Positions 27,958 through 38,145 of a DNA stretch of 64,000 nucleotides are shown one piece after another. Origin of the DNA: an uncultured bacterium (GTDB taxonomy: Bacteria > Auribacterota > Tritonobacteria > UBA1439); NCBI GenBank assembly GCA_964460305.1, contig CAYWRA010000002.1, positions 3,089 through 67,088 of the forward strand, given 5' to 3'. The position numbers and the translations under genes are program-made. How positions within the stretch are numbered: the stretch's first letter is position 1; every line of letters begins with the position of its first letter. The notes below the pieces were generated by a model. That model saw only the letters and a list, made by a program, of their open reading frames with translations, made no database searches and was not told the DNA's origin.

Positions 27958-28986
27958 ATGATTTCAATGAGCGAGAGAGAGAAACGGGTTGCGATCGTCT
28001 ATAACGCGTTTCACCCCCATAATCCGCACGGGGAATGCGACGACGACTCATCGGAGAACATCATCAACGACGTCCTGCGCGTCAGGGATATCCTCGTGAA
28101 ACTGGGATACCACGTCTCGTGCGTTCCCTTCCTCCGCAGCGCCGGCAACTTCCTCACCAGGCTCACCGCCTCACGCCCGGATTTGGCATTCAACCTGTGC
28201 GAGGGCGCGATGGGGGACAGCCGCCACGAGATGAGCGTTTGCTCTCTCATCCACCTGAGCGGTGTGCCCCATACCGGATGCGGACCGCTCACGCTGGGAA
28301 TCGCCCTCGATAAAGGCCTCACCAAAAAACTACTAATCGCCGACGGCATCCCCACGCCACCCTCATTCGTATGCGGCGAGAACGCCCCGAGGAACCTTCC
28401 CCGCGGTATGCGCTATCCCCTGTTCGTCAAACCGCTCAGAGAGGATGCGAGTCTCGGAATATCCAGGAATGCCTTCGTGACGGATAGGCCCGGGCTGGAG
28501 GAGCGCTGCGGGTTCATCGCCAGGCGGTACCGTCAGCCGGCCCTCGTCGAGGCGTACATCGATGGGCGGGAGCTCAACGTCTCGCTCATCGGCAATCAGA
28601 GACCGATCGTCCTGCCCATCTCCGAAATCGACATGAGCCGGATACCCGAAGGAATGCCGCGCGTGTGCGACTACCGCGCAAAGTGGGTGCCGGAGAGCGA
28701 GGAGTATGCCACAACCGTTCCCTTGTGCCCGGCCCCCCTGACGCGCGCGATCGAGCGCACGGTAAAAGAAACCGCCCTCGCATGCTATCGGCTCCTCTCC
28801 TGCCGCGGCTATGCGCGGGTAGACATCCGCCTGAGCCCGGAGAACGTGCCGTTCGTGCTCGAGGTCAACCCGAATCCATGCATCGGGCTCGACTCCGGCA
28901 TCGTGCGCTCCGCTGCGGCCGCCGGCATCTCCTATCCAGAACTCATCCAGAGGATCGCCGGCCTGGCGCTCGACGGCGAAGCATAA
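27958..28986 (+). CDS. ATP-grasp enzyme of the D-alanine--D-alanine ligase family
   Basis: The N-terminus has RVAIVYNAF. The ATP-grasp C-terminus has YARVDIRLSPENVPFVLEVNPNPC. Confidence 0.55.
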   Translation: MISMSEREKRVAIVYNAFHPHNPHGECDDDSSENIINDVLRVRDILVKLGYHVSCVPFLRSAGNFLTRLTASRPDLAFNLCEGAMGDSRHEMSVCSLIHLSGVPHTGCGPLTLGIALDKGLTKKLLIADGIPTPPSFVCGENAPRNLPRGMRYPLFVKPLREDASLGISRNAFVTDRPGLEERCGFIARRYRQPALVEAYIDGRELNVSLIGNQRPIVLPISEIDMSRIPEGMPRVCDYRAKWVPESEEYATTVPLCPAPLTRAIERTVKETALACYRLLSCRGYARVDIRLSPENVPFVLEVNPNPCIGLDSGIVRSAAAAGISYPELIQRIAGLALDGEA

Positions 28987-29248
28987 CCCGCCGCGGGGAG
29001 GCGAAAATCCCGGTGAAATCCCAAATCCCCCGCCCGCCTCGCAAGCGAGAGCGCTGCGGGCAGGCCCGACTACGCCAAGGCTCCGTCCGGCAGGCAAACC
29101 CCAAATCCCAAAGGCGTAGGGCGTGGGGCGCGACAACAGGTTTTCCATTCTCTTTTCCCCCCCGTGATGATATATTTACCGCTGAAATCCGCTCTTGCGC
29201 AACGTGCGGAGAGCGGCGAATCTTCCAACTTGTACTCGGTCAATACCC

Positions 29249-30520
29249 ATGAAGCTTATCGTCAATCCATCGTCATTACGCGGGGAGGCGGAGATCCCCG
29301 CCTCCAAATCGCACACCATCAGGGCGGTCGTCATCGCGAGCCTGGCAACCGGGAGGTCTCGGATCATCAAGCCGCTCGATTCGGCCGACACCAGATCCGC
29401 GCTCGACATGAGCCGGGCATTCGGCGCCGGCGTCGAAATGGGCGAGGACTGGTTCGTCTCAGGAACCGGCGGCGCTCCCCCCGTGCCCGAAAACGTGATT
29501 GACGTGGGCAACTCGGGGACGTCCCTGAGACTGGGAATGGGCATGGCGGCCCTGAGCCAGGGATACACCGTATTCACCGGCGACCACCAGATAAGACGCC
29601 GCCCCATCCAGGCGCTCATCGAGGCATACCGGTTGCTGGGCGCGGAGGGATTTACCACCAGGGCGAATGGATGCGCCCCCGCCGTGATACGCGGCAGAAT
29701 ACAGGGCGGGCGAACGGAAATAAAGGCTGTGACCTCGCAGTTTCTCTCAAGCCTCCTCATCTCGGCTCCGCTAGCCGAAAAGAACTCAGAGATCCGCGTG
29801 CTCCAGTTGAACGAGGCCCCCTACGTCGAGATGACACTCTCGTGGTTGGATTCGCAGGGCATCACGTACGAGCGCAAGGCATGGTCGCGCTTCTACGTGA
29901 AGGGTGGACAGCAATATGCCGCATTCGAGCGCCGCATCCCGGGGGATTTCTCCTCCGCGACCTTCTTTCTCTGCGCTGCGGCTGTGGCGAGGGGAGAACT
30001 TGTCCTAAAGGGGCTGGACATGAACGACGTCCAGGGAGACAAGGCGGTGGTGAGCATGCTGCAAGAAATGGGCGCCGAAATCGACGTCGTACCAGAGGGC
30101 CTTAAGGTGCGGGGCGGCGATCTGAAGGGCGCCGAGTTCGACCTCAACAGCACGCCGGATGCGCTGCCGGCGTTGGCGGCGACGGCGTGTTTCGCGTCCG
30201 GAGAGACAAAGCTACGGAATGTCCCTCAGGCCCGGCTTAAAGAAACGGACCGTATCGCGGTGATGGCGCAGGAGCTCAAGAAGATGGGTGGCGACTTGGA
30301 GGAGCTCAAAGACGGTTTGGTCATCAGGGGAAAGCAGTTGAAGGGCGCTGCGGTGTCCGGCCATCACGATCACCGCGTGGTGATGGCGCTCGCAGTCGCG
30401 GGCCTTGCGGCGGACGGAGAAACCGCCATAGACACCGCCGAAGCGATGAGCGTCACCTTTCCCAATTTTACTGAACTGATGTCGGGCTGTGGGGCGAGAA
30501 TGAAACTCGTGAACGAGTAA
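29249..30520 (+). CDS. aroA: 3-phosphoshikimate 1-carboxyvinyltransferase (EPSP synthase)
   Basis: The product has the motifs LRGEAEIPASKSHTIRAV and NSGTSLRL, and its length (423 aa) fits. Confidence 0.8.
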   Translation: MKLIVNPSSLRGEAEIPASKSHTIRAVVIASLATGRSRIIKPLDSADTRSALDMSRAFGAGVEMGEDWFVSGTGGAPPVPENVIDVGNSGTSLRLGMGMAALSQGYTVFTGDHQIRRRPIQALIEAYRLLGAEGFTTRANGCAPAVIRGRIQGGRTEIKAVTSQFLSSLLISAPLAEKNSEIRVLQLNEAPYVEMTLSWLDSQGITYERKAWSRFYVKGGQQYAAFERRIPGDFSSATFFLCAAAVARGELVLKGLDMNDVQGDKAVVSMLQEMGAEIDVVPEGLKVRGGDLKGAEFDLNSTPDALPALAATACFASGETKLRNVPQARLKETDRIAVMAQELKKMGGDLEELKDGLVIRGKQLKGAAVSGHHDHRVVMALAVAGLAADGETAIDTAEAMSVTFPNFTELMSGCGARMKLVNE

Positions 30521-30579
30521 ATCCCAAATCCCAAACAATGAACGTTGCTTATCTATTGGGATTTGGGATTTGGGATTTC
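30519..30579. repeat. Heptamer-arm hairpin of family C (AAATCCC/GGGATTT) between aroA and aroC
   Basis: aaatcccaaatcccaaacaatgaacgttgcttatctattgggatttgggatttgggattt. Confidence 0.8.
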
Positions 30580-30599
30580 TAAAAGGGGAGGCTCTACAC

Positions 30600-31739
30600 A
30601 TGCTAGGCAATACATTCGGTCGTATATTCAGGGTCACTACGTGCGGTGAATCGTATGGCGGGGGGCTCGCAACAATCGTGGATGGGGCGCCGGCGGGAAT
30701 AAAACTCACCAACGCCATGGTCCAGGAGGAGCTCGACAAGCGGAAGCCGGGTCAGAGCGAACTCGACTCGCCACGGAAAGAAACCGACATCGCCGAGATC
30801 TTCGCGGGGATCGGCCAGGAGGGGCTCACCACCGGCGCGCCGGTGGGGATCCTGGTGCGCAACGTCGATAAGCAGCCCATCCACGTCGAGCAGTACCGCC
30901 AAGCGAAACACCTATTCAGGCCCGGCCACGCGGAGTATACCTTCTTCGTGAAGTATGGCGAGTATTACGACTGGTGCGGGGCGGGCCGCGCGAGCGGGCG
31001 TGAGACCGTCGGAAGGGTCGCCGGGGGCGCGGTTGCGAAGCAGATCCTGGCGCGCGAGGACATCGAGGTGATCGCCTACGTCAAGGAGAGCTATGGCATC
31101 ACCGCGCGGGAGATGAGCTTCGAGGAGGTCAAAAAAAACTACCGTGTGAACCCTCTCAACTGCCCGGACCGCGATGCGGCGGAAAAAATGATCGCGAAAA
31201 TCCTTGAAATCAAGGACGCGGGGGACACCTGCGGCGGGGTGGTTGAGATCATCGCCCGTGGCGTTCCCGCGGGCCTCGGCGAGCCGGTGTTCGACAAGCT
31301 CTCCGCCACGATCGCCCACGGCCTCATGAGCATCGGGGCCGTGAAGGGCGTCGAGATCGGCGCCGGATTCGCCGTGGCGAAAATGAAAGGCTCCGAGTGC
31401 AACGATCCGCCCTACATGGAGAAGGACAGGGTGCGCTTTCGGACGAACAACGCCGGCGGTTTCATGGGGGGGATCGCCAACGGAGAGGATCTCGTCATCC
31501 GGATGGCAGTGAAGCCGACGCCCACGATATCGATAGAACAGGACTCGATAGACAAGCGCGTGATGAAACCGGCCAAGCTCGCCGCGATCACGCGGCGCGA
31601 CGCCACGATCTGCCCGCGGATTTACCCGGTCGCCGAGGCGATGGTCCGGATCGCCATCCTGGACGCGCTCTACATGTGGCGGGCATGGCAGGGAGTGCAG
31701 AATCTGGAATTGAGAAGACCAACGACGAATGACAAATGA
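30600..31739 (+). CDS. aroC: Chorismate synthase
   Basis: The product begins MLGNTFGRIFRVTTCGESYGG (compare [20 protein letters not shown]). Confidence 0.8.
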   Translation: MLGNTFGRIFRVTTCGESYGGGLATIVDGAPAGIKLTNAMVQEELDKRKPGQSELDSPRKETDIAEIFAGIGQEGLTTGAPVGILVRNVDKQPIHVEQYRQAKHLFRPGHAEYTFFVKYGEYYDWCGAGRASGRETVGRVAGGAVAKQILAREDIEVIAYVKESYGITAREMSFEEVKKNYRVNPLNCPDRDAAEKMIAKILEIKDAGDTCGGVVEIIARGVPAGLGEPVFDKLSATIAHGLMSIGAVKGVEIGAGFAVAKMKGSECNDPPYMEKDRVRFRTNNAGGFMGGIANGEDLVIRMAVKPTPTISIEQDSIDKRVMKPAKLAAITRRDATICPRIYPVAEAMVRIAILDALYMWRAWQGVQNLELRRPTTNDK

Positions 31740-31818
31740 CAAAATTCAAATGACAAAACACAATGAGGTTTTGTCATCTTGCCATTTGTAATTCATTTGT
31801 CATTTGGTATTTGTCATT
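31726..31818 (+). repeat. Repeat family B (AAATGAC/GTCATTT heptamer arms with a gacaaaacacaatgaggttttgtc core hairpin), copy B2
   Basis: Other copies lie at 41704-41790, 46918-46985 (-), 49330-49420 and 53600-53690. A degenerate copy lies at 26868-26975. Confidence 0.8.
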
Positions 31819-31842
31819 GGGGATATAGATCGGGACAACGTC

Positions 31843-32697
31843 ATGCAGGCGGAATATTCGGTCATAGGTTGGCCCCTGGGACATTCCCTGTCGCCCGCAA
31901 TCCACAACGCGTCGTTTGAAGTGCTCGCCCTCCCATGCCGCTTCACGGCGCGGGCGGTGTCCCCGGAACGCTTCGACCGGTTCATGAAATCAGTCCCTTC
32001 CTCGCCGCTCAAGGGACTCGCGGTAACGATCCCCTACAAAACCGAGGTCCTCAAGTATTGCACCGTGCGCGCGGCTGAGGTGGACACAATCGGCGCGGCA
32101 AACACTCTAACCGTTGTCGAGAGAGGCGCGTTGAAGGCCGATAACACGGATGCGGCCGCGGTGGGCCGAACATTGAGAGACGCCGGTATCTCTCCTAGTG
32201 GCAAGCGGGTTGTCGTACTCGGCGCCGGCGGGGCCGCGCGCGCGGCCTGCGCACAGATGCTCCTGGATGGGGCCGTCGCACTGACGATCGCCAATCGGAC
32301 CCTCTCCAGAGCGGAGAGTCTCGGGATAGGCCTGCGCAACGCCTTTCCATCGGCGGAGATAAACGCCATCCCCATCGAAGGCGAAGCGATCGCCCGCGCG
32401 CTGGAGGCATCCCGCATCCTCATCAATACCACGTCGGTTGGGATGTACCCCAACGTGGATGAGACACCCATCCCCGCCAAACTGCTCACGGACAAAATAG
32501 CGGTAATGGATGCCGTTTATAACCCCCTGGAAACGCTCTTGATAAGGCAGGCGAGGGAGAGGGGGGCCATAACGATCACGGGCATGGATATGCTCATCTA
32601 TCAGGCTGCCGAGCAGGAGCGGATCTGGCTGGGTGTGGAGGCGCCGCTGCCGGTGATGCGTGAAGCGCTCCTCAAGGCATTCGGGAGAGGTCTCTAA
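31843..32697 (+). CDS. aroE: Shikimate dehydrogenase
   Basis: The product has the AroE N-terminus YSVIGWPLGHSLSPAIHNASF and GAGGAARA in its Rossmann fold. Confidence 0.75.
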   Translation: MQAEYSVIGWPLGHSLSPAIHNASFEVLALPCRFTARAVSPERFDRFMKSVPSSPLKGLAVTIPYKTEVLKYCTVRAAEVDTIGAANTLTVVERGALKADNTDAAAVGRTLRDAGISPSGKRVVVLGAGGAARAACAQMLLDGAVALTIANRTLSRAESLGIGLRNAFPSAEINAIPIEGEAIARALEASRILINTTSVGMYPNVDETPIPAKLLTDKIAVMDAVYNPLETLLIRQARERGAITITGMDMLIYQAAEQERIWLGVEAPLPVMREALLKAFGRGL

Positions 32698-33784
32698 GAC
32701 GGCTGTCGCAGATGTCGGTCAGCGCCTGGGCTGTCCCCGCCTTCTTCCGGAACGACGGGTTCCACCTTCTTCGATACGCCCCGTAGAGTTTCTTCAGGAA
32801 CGTCTCGCTCAGCCCTTGCCACTGCTTCAATTTGGCCGCCTTGAACTCATCGAATGGCAGACGGTACTCATCCTCCGGCCAGCGTTCGCGCAGCGCATCC
32901 TCGAGGGTCCAGCCGTTCTCGGCCAGATGCCGGAGCTCCCTCCAGTAGGCCTCCAGTTTTCTCATGTAATCCTCGATGTCGAAGGCCCTCGTCCCGGCGT
33001 CGTAGATGACGCAGCGCTCCAGCGGATGGCAGATCGACTCGTATTGTGAGAGCTCGAACTCCGGCGTGAGGAGGGAGGGGTTCCTCATGAGATCGGTTCC
33101 CTGGAGCTTTATTCTAACCGCGGTCTTGGAATCGGCGAGGTGGAACTTGCCCTCGAGATACACCGCGCAGGTCCGCTCGTACTGGGGGAAGAGCCGGCGC
33201 AAGAGGGCATGGTATCCCCTGAGGAGTTTCTCCAGCTTGTGGCAGCCGACGGTAAAAAAGTATATCTGGCGGATCGGCGTCCCGCTGTTCTTGGCTAGAT
33301 TAACGATGATGTCCATGCCGTTGCTGATCGTGATACCCGTGGCGATGACGTCGGCGAAGAAAAGCGTGCCGTCATGGGGGAGGAGAATCTTGCGATATTG
33401 GTTGTCCTGGATGAACCATCGTCCGTACTTGTCTTTTTCCCGCTGGGAGGTGATGAAGGACGACGAGTGGGTGTTGAAGCCGTACGCCCGTGAAAGAGCG
33501 CGGCGCATGCCGAAGTTGAGGCTCCCCCTGAGGAAGTGGATGACCCCTATCGACCGGGGATCGAGCTTGCGGAGCGCAGACGCCAGAGGAAAATTAGTGA
33601 GGACCGAGACGATCGCGGATTCGAGGAGGTCGGTGTACCGGACGCCCACGACCTCCGGCCTGTTACAGACTTCGCGGCTCTCGGGTGTAGAGGCTACATA
33701 CCGCACCAGGCTGTCGCCATACTCACCCTTGAGCTCATAAATGACCGCCTTCGCATTCTTCTTTACAAGCTTGAGGTATTCCAC
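32672..33784 (-). CDS. Phosphoribosyltransferase (PRTase)-fold protein with ~140-aa C-terminal extension
   Basis: The product has the type I PRTase PRPP-binding motif TLFFADVIATGITI. An upstream UPRTase-like loop, VIHFLRGSLNFGMRRAL, is present. The start overlaps the stop of the upstream NTase-like gene. Confidence 0.45.
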   Translation of the reverse strand: MEYLKLVKKNAKAVIYELKGEYGDSLVRYVASTPESREVCNRPEVVGVRYTDLLESAIVSVLTNFPLASALRKLDPRSIGVIHFLRGSLNFGMRRALSRAYGFNTHSSSFITSQREKDKYGRWFIQDNQYRKILLPHDGTLFFADVIATGITISNGMDIIVNLAKNSGTPIRQIYFFTVGCHKLEKLLRGYHALLRRLFPQYERTCAVYLEGKFHLADSKTAVRIKLQGTDLMRNPSLLTPEFELSQYESICHPLERCVIYDAGTRAFDIEDYMRKLEAYWRELRHLAENGWTLEDALRERWPEDEYRLPFDEFKAAKLKQWQGLSETFLKKLYGAYRRRWNPSFRKKAGTAQALTDICDSRLRDLSRMP

Positions 33785-33787
33785 GCT

Positions 33788-34888
33788 TTATCCCTCGCCG
33801 CGGGCTATCTTCTCTATCTCTTGCGGCGCTGTCACGAGTAGCGCATCCCGCTCCTCGCGGTTCTTTACGACCCTGACCAGGCGGCTCACGATCCGCAGCG
33901 CGTCCCCCTTGAAATATTCACCGCGCTGCGCCCCATCGTAGATGATCAGGTCGATCGGCTGCTTCCGCCGCCGGCCGTCGATGGCGACCTGGTCGAGCTT
34001 GAATAGAGCGGGCAGGTATCCCGTGTGCCGGTCGTCGACCACCACACCGCCCGCCGAAACCGATTCCTTGACGACCTCCATGTGGAAATTTCTCAATGGG
34101 ATCTCATCAACGTCGGAATATTTGAAAAACGGACATACGACCGTCCCCAGGTGCTTGAATCGAAGAGGCCAGGTCTTCCCGAGTTCCACGCACTCGCGGT
34201 CCGGGCTTTCCTTCTTGAGCTGCCGGATGCGCTTGATGACCTCGAAATTCTGCTCCACGCTCCCGAAGAAAACGACGTCGACGTCCTCTTGGGGCTCTTC
34301 AAAATAGCCATAAGCGAGCGAGCCGTTGCAGCCGACCCGTTCCCTCGGCACGCCGAGGAGCTCATCGAGGGAGTCGACGACCTCCGCGAGGCGCGGCATG
34401 GATTCCATGAGGATTTTGAGAGATCGCTTGCCGTCAAAAAAACCCCGCATCTCGCTGAGGAGGAAATGATTGAAATGGTCCGCGTAGGGAGGGCAGGGGG
34501 GGCGCGTGGCAAGCTCCGGCAGCAACTCGACCTGGCGCCGCACCTGTTCCATGTAGGGGACGATCACCAGTTCTCCGTTTTCGTAACGCCTGTGGGTCCA
34601 ATTGAATTTCTTCCCGAAAATGATTATGTGGCCCTCGGGGTCGGGATATTTGATCAGGCAACCGAATAGCCCCCCCTCTGGATGGGCATACCCCTCGCTG
34701 TATACTACGCCCCCCCTCTTGTGCAGGAAATACATGGCGTCTGAAGGGCCGTCAGCAAGTTTTTCTATCGGAAGGAGATACTCCTGTATCGTCTTTTCAA
34801 AAAGATCGTCCATAACGCATTCTTCCATAAATTGCTCCACAACATGTTGTCCCCCATGGTCAAAAAGGATAGCATAGACCATCCCCAT
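33788..34888 (-). CDS. Pol-beta-superfamily nucleotidyltransferase-like protein (uncharacterised)
   Basis: The product has a GS-x10-DhD motif, GCNGSLAYGYFEEPQEDVDVVFFGS. It is the first gene of a two-gene minus-strand operon with the PRTase-fold gene. Confidence 0.35.
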   Translation of the reverse strand: MGMVYAILFDHGGQHVVEQFMEECVMDDLFEKTIQEYLLPIEKLADGPSDAMYFLHKRGGVVYSEGYAHPEGGLFGCLIKYPDPEGHIIIFGKKFNWTHRRYENGELVIVPYMEQVRRQVELLPELATRPPCPPYADHFNHFLLSEMRGFFDGKRSLKILMESMPRLAEVVDSLDELLGVPRERVGCNGSLAYGYFEEPQEDVDVVFFGSVEQNFEVIKRIRQLKKESPDRECVELGKTWPLRFKHLGTVVCPFFKYSDVDEIPLRNFHMEVVKESVSAGGVVVDDRHTGYLPALFKLDQVAIDGRRRKQPIDLIIYDGAQRGEYFKGDALRIVSRLVRVVKNREERDALLVTAPQEIEKIARGEG

Positions 34889-35112
34889 CCGGCAATATTC
34901 GAATGAGTCCCGAAAAGGCGGATAATGTAGGGGTTGCCCGCCTCAGGCGGGAATCCCGCCCCTCCAGGAATTACGCTCCTGATTTATATGCACCCAGTTG
35001 GTGAAGGTTTCAATCGCTTATCCACGATTTCGGGTAAGGACTGTGTATTCGAATGAGGACCGGAGTGAGGGGTTCATTCCAGGGACGGTGCGGAGCGCGC
35101 CACGGGTGGGCA

Positions 35113-36138
35113 TTACTCTTTGCGGATGTGGAAGTCGGCGTTGCCTATCTTTCGGCCACCCATGAAGTAAGCGGCGCAATACTTGCCGAGACCGCCCTTC
35201 GCAACGAGCGTGGCGATGTCCTCCTTGAAGGGGTGGATATCGTCGTCTTCCCCCCAGGTGTACCGCTCCTCGGAAACGCTTGCGCCCGTATCAGCCTTGT
35301 TTATCTTCATGAGGATCTCTTTCCCGGCGAATTCATTGCCGAGCTCGATGACGACGTAAAGCGAACCGTCCCTGGTGGTGTAGTTGGGACGGATGTCCAC
35401 CGCATGGTTAATGAACGCGCCGCATACAACGATGCTGCCCCGCGGCACCCTGACACGCTGCTCGTGCGGGATGAGGCCGAGGAGCAGTTTCCGTACGGCG
35501 CTGTCCGCCGCCCGGTCCAGGACCTCCGCCTCGCCCATGGCGGGGGGAGCGCCGTAGGATGAGGCGGTGCCGGTGCTCGAGTCGGACCAGATGACCTTCC
35601 CCGTGGAAACGTCGATAAGCCTTATGCCGGCCTCGACCACTGCGTCTACCTTGTACCAGTCAACGGGAACCTCGTCATAGTAGGCCTCATGCATCGATTC
35701 GTCAAAGTCGAATGGTTCTCCATAAAACCGCACCTCGTGATATCGGTCGCTTTTATAGTTCAGGACGGCGCCGGCGAGCAGCGCTTCCGCCCCCGATGAC
35801 CGGCCGAGTTCCATAGCGACGGCGGGTTTCATGCCATCATCAGGAGATAAATAACCCTTTTGGGCATCGACCTTGAGCGCCTTACCCGGAGCTATCTTAT
35901 AAGGGCCCCGCTGAAGGAGGAGGGCGGTGAGCTTATCCGAGACAACCTCCCCTGCGTCCGGAGAGGCCGATTTGTTCTCAAACGGCAATACGGCGATGGT
36001 ATGGATGTTTTGGTAATCGAACCGCGGTCTTACATTGACCCACACCCGCGGCCCGGCGCAGCCGATGGCCGCCGCCGCCATAAAAACGCCTGGAATGAAT
36101 CGTAATTTTGACATACGGCCTTTTGCCATTCTGTTCAT
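35113..36138 (-). CDS. Lipoprotein with CsgG/LpoB-like N-terminal segment
   Basis: A signal peptide plus lipobox-like AIGCAG is present. The N-terminus has IAVLPFENKSASPDAGEVVSDKLTALL. Confidence 0.4.
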   Translation of the reverse strand: MNRMAKGRMSKLRFIPGVFMAAAAIGCAGPRVWVNVRPRFDYQNIHTIAVLPFENKSASPDAGEVVSDKLTALLLQRGPYKIAPGKALKVDAQKGYLSPDDGMKPAVAMELGRSSGAEALLAGAVLNYKSDRYHEVRFYGEPFDFDESMHEAYYDEVPVDWYKVDAVVEAGIRLIDVSTGKVIWSDSSTGTASSYGAPPAMGEAEVLDRAADSAVRKLLLGLIPHEQRVRVPRGSIVVCGAFINHAVDIRPNYTTRDGSLYVVIELGNEFAGKEILMKINKADTGASVSEERYTWGEDDDIHPFKEDIATLVAKGGLGKYCAAYFMGGRKIGNADFHIRKE

Positions 36139-36496
36139 GGCGAGAATTATACACCGGCGGCGGAACTATTCCACCACTTTATCGGCCGAGTGGAAGGGGA
36201 ATGAACAGCCGCGAATTCTCACCGCGGAGATGACGTACCGTATCAAAGAGCACTTGCACCTGATTGCTCTGATTTTCTATGGTGGTGGAGGAATCAGGAT
36301 AATCAGGCGCTCAACTGGTTAAACTTTTTCGCCGCGATCTCGGGGATTGCGGGTGTTCATGCCCTTGTGATAGAGTATCGATGAAGCAGGACAAGGGGGT
36401 GACATGGTCTATTCACCACACCTTCCAGAAAATAGCAGCGGCGATCGTGATGCCGCCGGCTCCCGTGGGGAAGCGGCCCCGACATCGACTGGCGAG

Positions 36497-36862
36497 ATGC
36501 AGCTCGCCTCAGCCCCTGAGAAGAAAAGCGGCTGCGTCATCTACATCAACGGCGGCGCCATCGGCGACGGCAACCATCCCCAGGGGCGCAGCCTCATACA
36601 GAGCTTCCTCTATACCCTCACCGAAATAGCACCCCAGCCCAAGGCTATCGTTCTAGTCGGTTCGGCGGTAAGGCTGGCGTGCGCTGGCTCCGCCGCCCTG
36701 GAGAGCTTGTCGCTCATGCAAGAGCAGGACGTCCAGATTCTTATTGCGGAGAAATCCCTTGAGGAGATCGGAGGCGAGGTGAAGGCCGCGGTGGGGAACC
36801 CGGCGACGATGCACACGATCCTCAACACCCTTCTCCAGGCAGAGAAAGTAATAACCCTCTGA
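36497..36862 (+). CDS. DsrE/DsrF/TusD-like sulfur-relay family small protein
   Basis: The product has CVIYINGGAIGDG...KAIVLVGSAVRLACAGS...EKVITL. The start site is uncertain. Confidence 0.35.
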   Translation: MQLASAPEKKSGCVIYINGGAIGDGNHPQGRSLIQSFLYTLTEIAPQPKAIVLVGSAVRLACAGSAALESLSLMQEQDVQILIAEKSLEEIGGEVKAAVGNPATMHTILNTLLQAEKVITL

Positions 36863-36876
36863 GCAGACGCAGTAGG

Positions 36877-36965
36877 AAAATCCCAAATCCCAAACTCCAA
36901 AACCCAAAGAATCTGGCGCCCTATACGCATCGTTATTGGGTTTTGGAGTTTGGGATTTGGGATTT
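36877..36965. repeat. Family C long perfect hairpin (28-bp stems of AAATCCC-type heptamers)
   Basis: aaaatcccaaatcccaaactccaaaacccaa-N29-ttgggttttggagtttgggatttgggattt. It lies between convergent genes. Confidence 0.85.
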
Positions 36966-36991
36966 ATGCTGCGGTTGATGCATAAATCAGG

Positions 36992-37318
36992 CTAGAGGGA
37001 CAGCCAGTTGAACCAGCCTAGATCGAAGAGCTCGCTATAGGTCGCCAGGCCGAGGAGCGCCACGTACATTAGGATGCCCGCGAGGGAGAGCGCAGCTCCA
37101 TGCGTCCGGCAAAATCCGAGAATCGATTTCTCTTTCAGGAAGCAGAGGGTGATCAGCGCAAAACCGATGGCGCCGCCGAGAAGCACGCTCCCTCCCCCGG
37201 GGGGAATGACGGTCGCCACCCATGCTCCGGCCAGTGTGAACAGCGCCACCAGCAGGAGGCGAAGGGCGACGCCTAGCATTGTGTCGATGGGGCCGCGAGG
37301 CAATGGTGCGGTATTCAT
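36992..37318 (-). CDS. Small hypothetical membrane protein
   Basis: Three predicted TM helices. No motif was recognised. Confidence 0.3.
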   Translation of the reverse strand: MNTAPLPRGPIDTMLGVALRLLLVALFTLAGAWVATVIPPGGGSVLLGGAIGFALITLCFLKEKSILGFCRTHGAALSLAGILMYVALLGLATYSELFDLGWFNWLSL

Positions 37319-37329
37319 TCAGCTCACGC

Positions 37330-37545
37330 CTAGGCAGGCGCGGGGGCTTCCGCCTTCTTCTTTTCTTCTTCCTGCTTTTTTGTGAACTCTTTCCAGCAGC
37401 GCCTGGTGCAGTAATAACCGCCGTCCCGATAGTACCATTTGACGCGGCTCAACGCCTTGCTGCAATGTTCGCACTTATCGGGTTTTTCCTTTTTCGGGGG
37501 AGGGGCGTTCTTCTGTGCCCCCTCTTTTTTCACTTCATCAGTCAT
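37330..37545 (-). CDS. Small Lys-rich zinc-ribbon-like protein
   Basis: The product has CEHC...C...C in a 71-aa basic protein. Confidence 0.35.
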   Translation of the reverse strand: MTDEVKKEGAQKNAPPPKKEKPDKCEHCSKALSRVKWYYRDGGYYCTRRCWKEFTKKQEEEKKKAEAPAPA

Positions 37546-37817
37546 AAGCTTGCCGTTCCTCCATCTTGGACGATCTTAAAAACCTTGTCATGCGGCCGCA
37601 CCCTCTCCGCGACCCTGATGCCTATGGAATCCCCTGCCTTGGCCTGGGTGACGCTCTGGTGCTCGATTTGCATCGATCCTACCGTCTCCTGACAGTCCGT
37701 GGTGCGGCCGACGATACGGATCCGATCACCGACGCTGAGCGGGGCGCTCAGCTCAATGGCCGCAACCTGGACATGGCCGAAGTAATGCGTAATTTTCCCA
37801 ATCTCGATCTCGGGCAT
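37542..37817 (-). CDS. Small beta-barrel protein resembling EF-Tu domain 2
   Basis: The product has MPEIEIGKITHYFGHVQVAAIELSAPLSVGDRIRIVG. The longer upstream ORF extension runs across a family D repeat and was trimmed. Confidence 0.35.
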   Translation of the reverse strand: MPEIEIGKITHYFGHVQVAAIELSAPLSVGDRIRIVGRTTDCQETVGSMQIEHQSVTQAKAGDSIGIRVAERVRPHDKVFKIVQDGGTASL

Positions 37818-38145
37818 TATCACCACCTCCTCGAACGGATAAACCCGCAACCGGTAGTATTGTGGTACGCCTCCCCCGCGCCAACGGTTCAACTCCGTTC
37901 CAGCATTGTTATCATTGTACGGCAGGGACCTCCTTCCGCGCAAGAGCGAACTTCGGGGGGTGTAGCCCCATTTTGTCTCCAATGAAACCACATCCCGTCC
38001 CAAAGGGATCCCTTCGGGAAAGGGACCCCTTTGGAGGAGGCCACTGAGAAGGATAAATCCAAGATCAATTTCAACCACGCCCCACGCCTAACGCCGTCAC
38101 GCCCATTCGCCGCTTGGGATTTGGGATTTGCCTTACGCATTCAGG

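Noticed and set aside
37542-38078. Full 178-aa ORF upstream of the EF-Tu-domain-2-like small protein
   Set aside because: The N-terminal 86 codons run across a family D palindrome and are low-complexity. The gene was trimmed to the internal Met at 37817.
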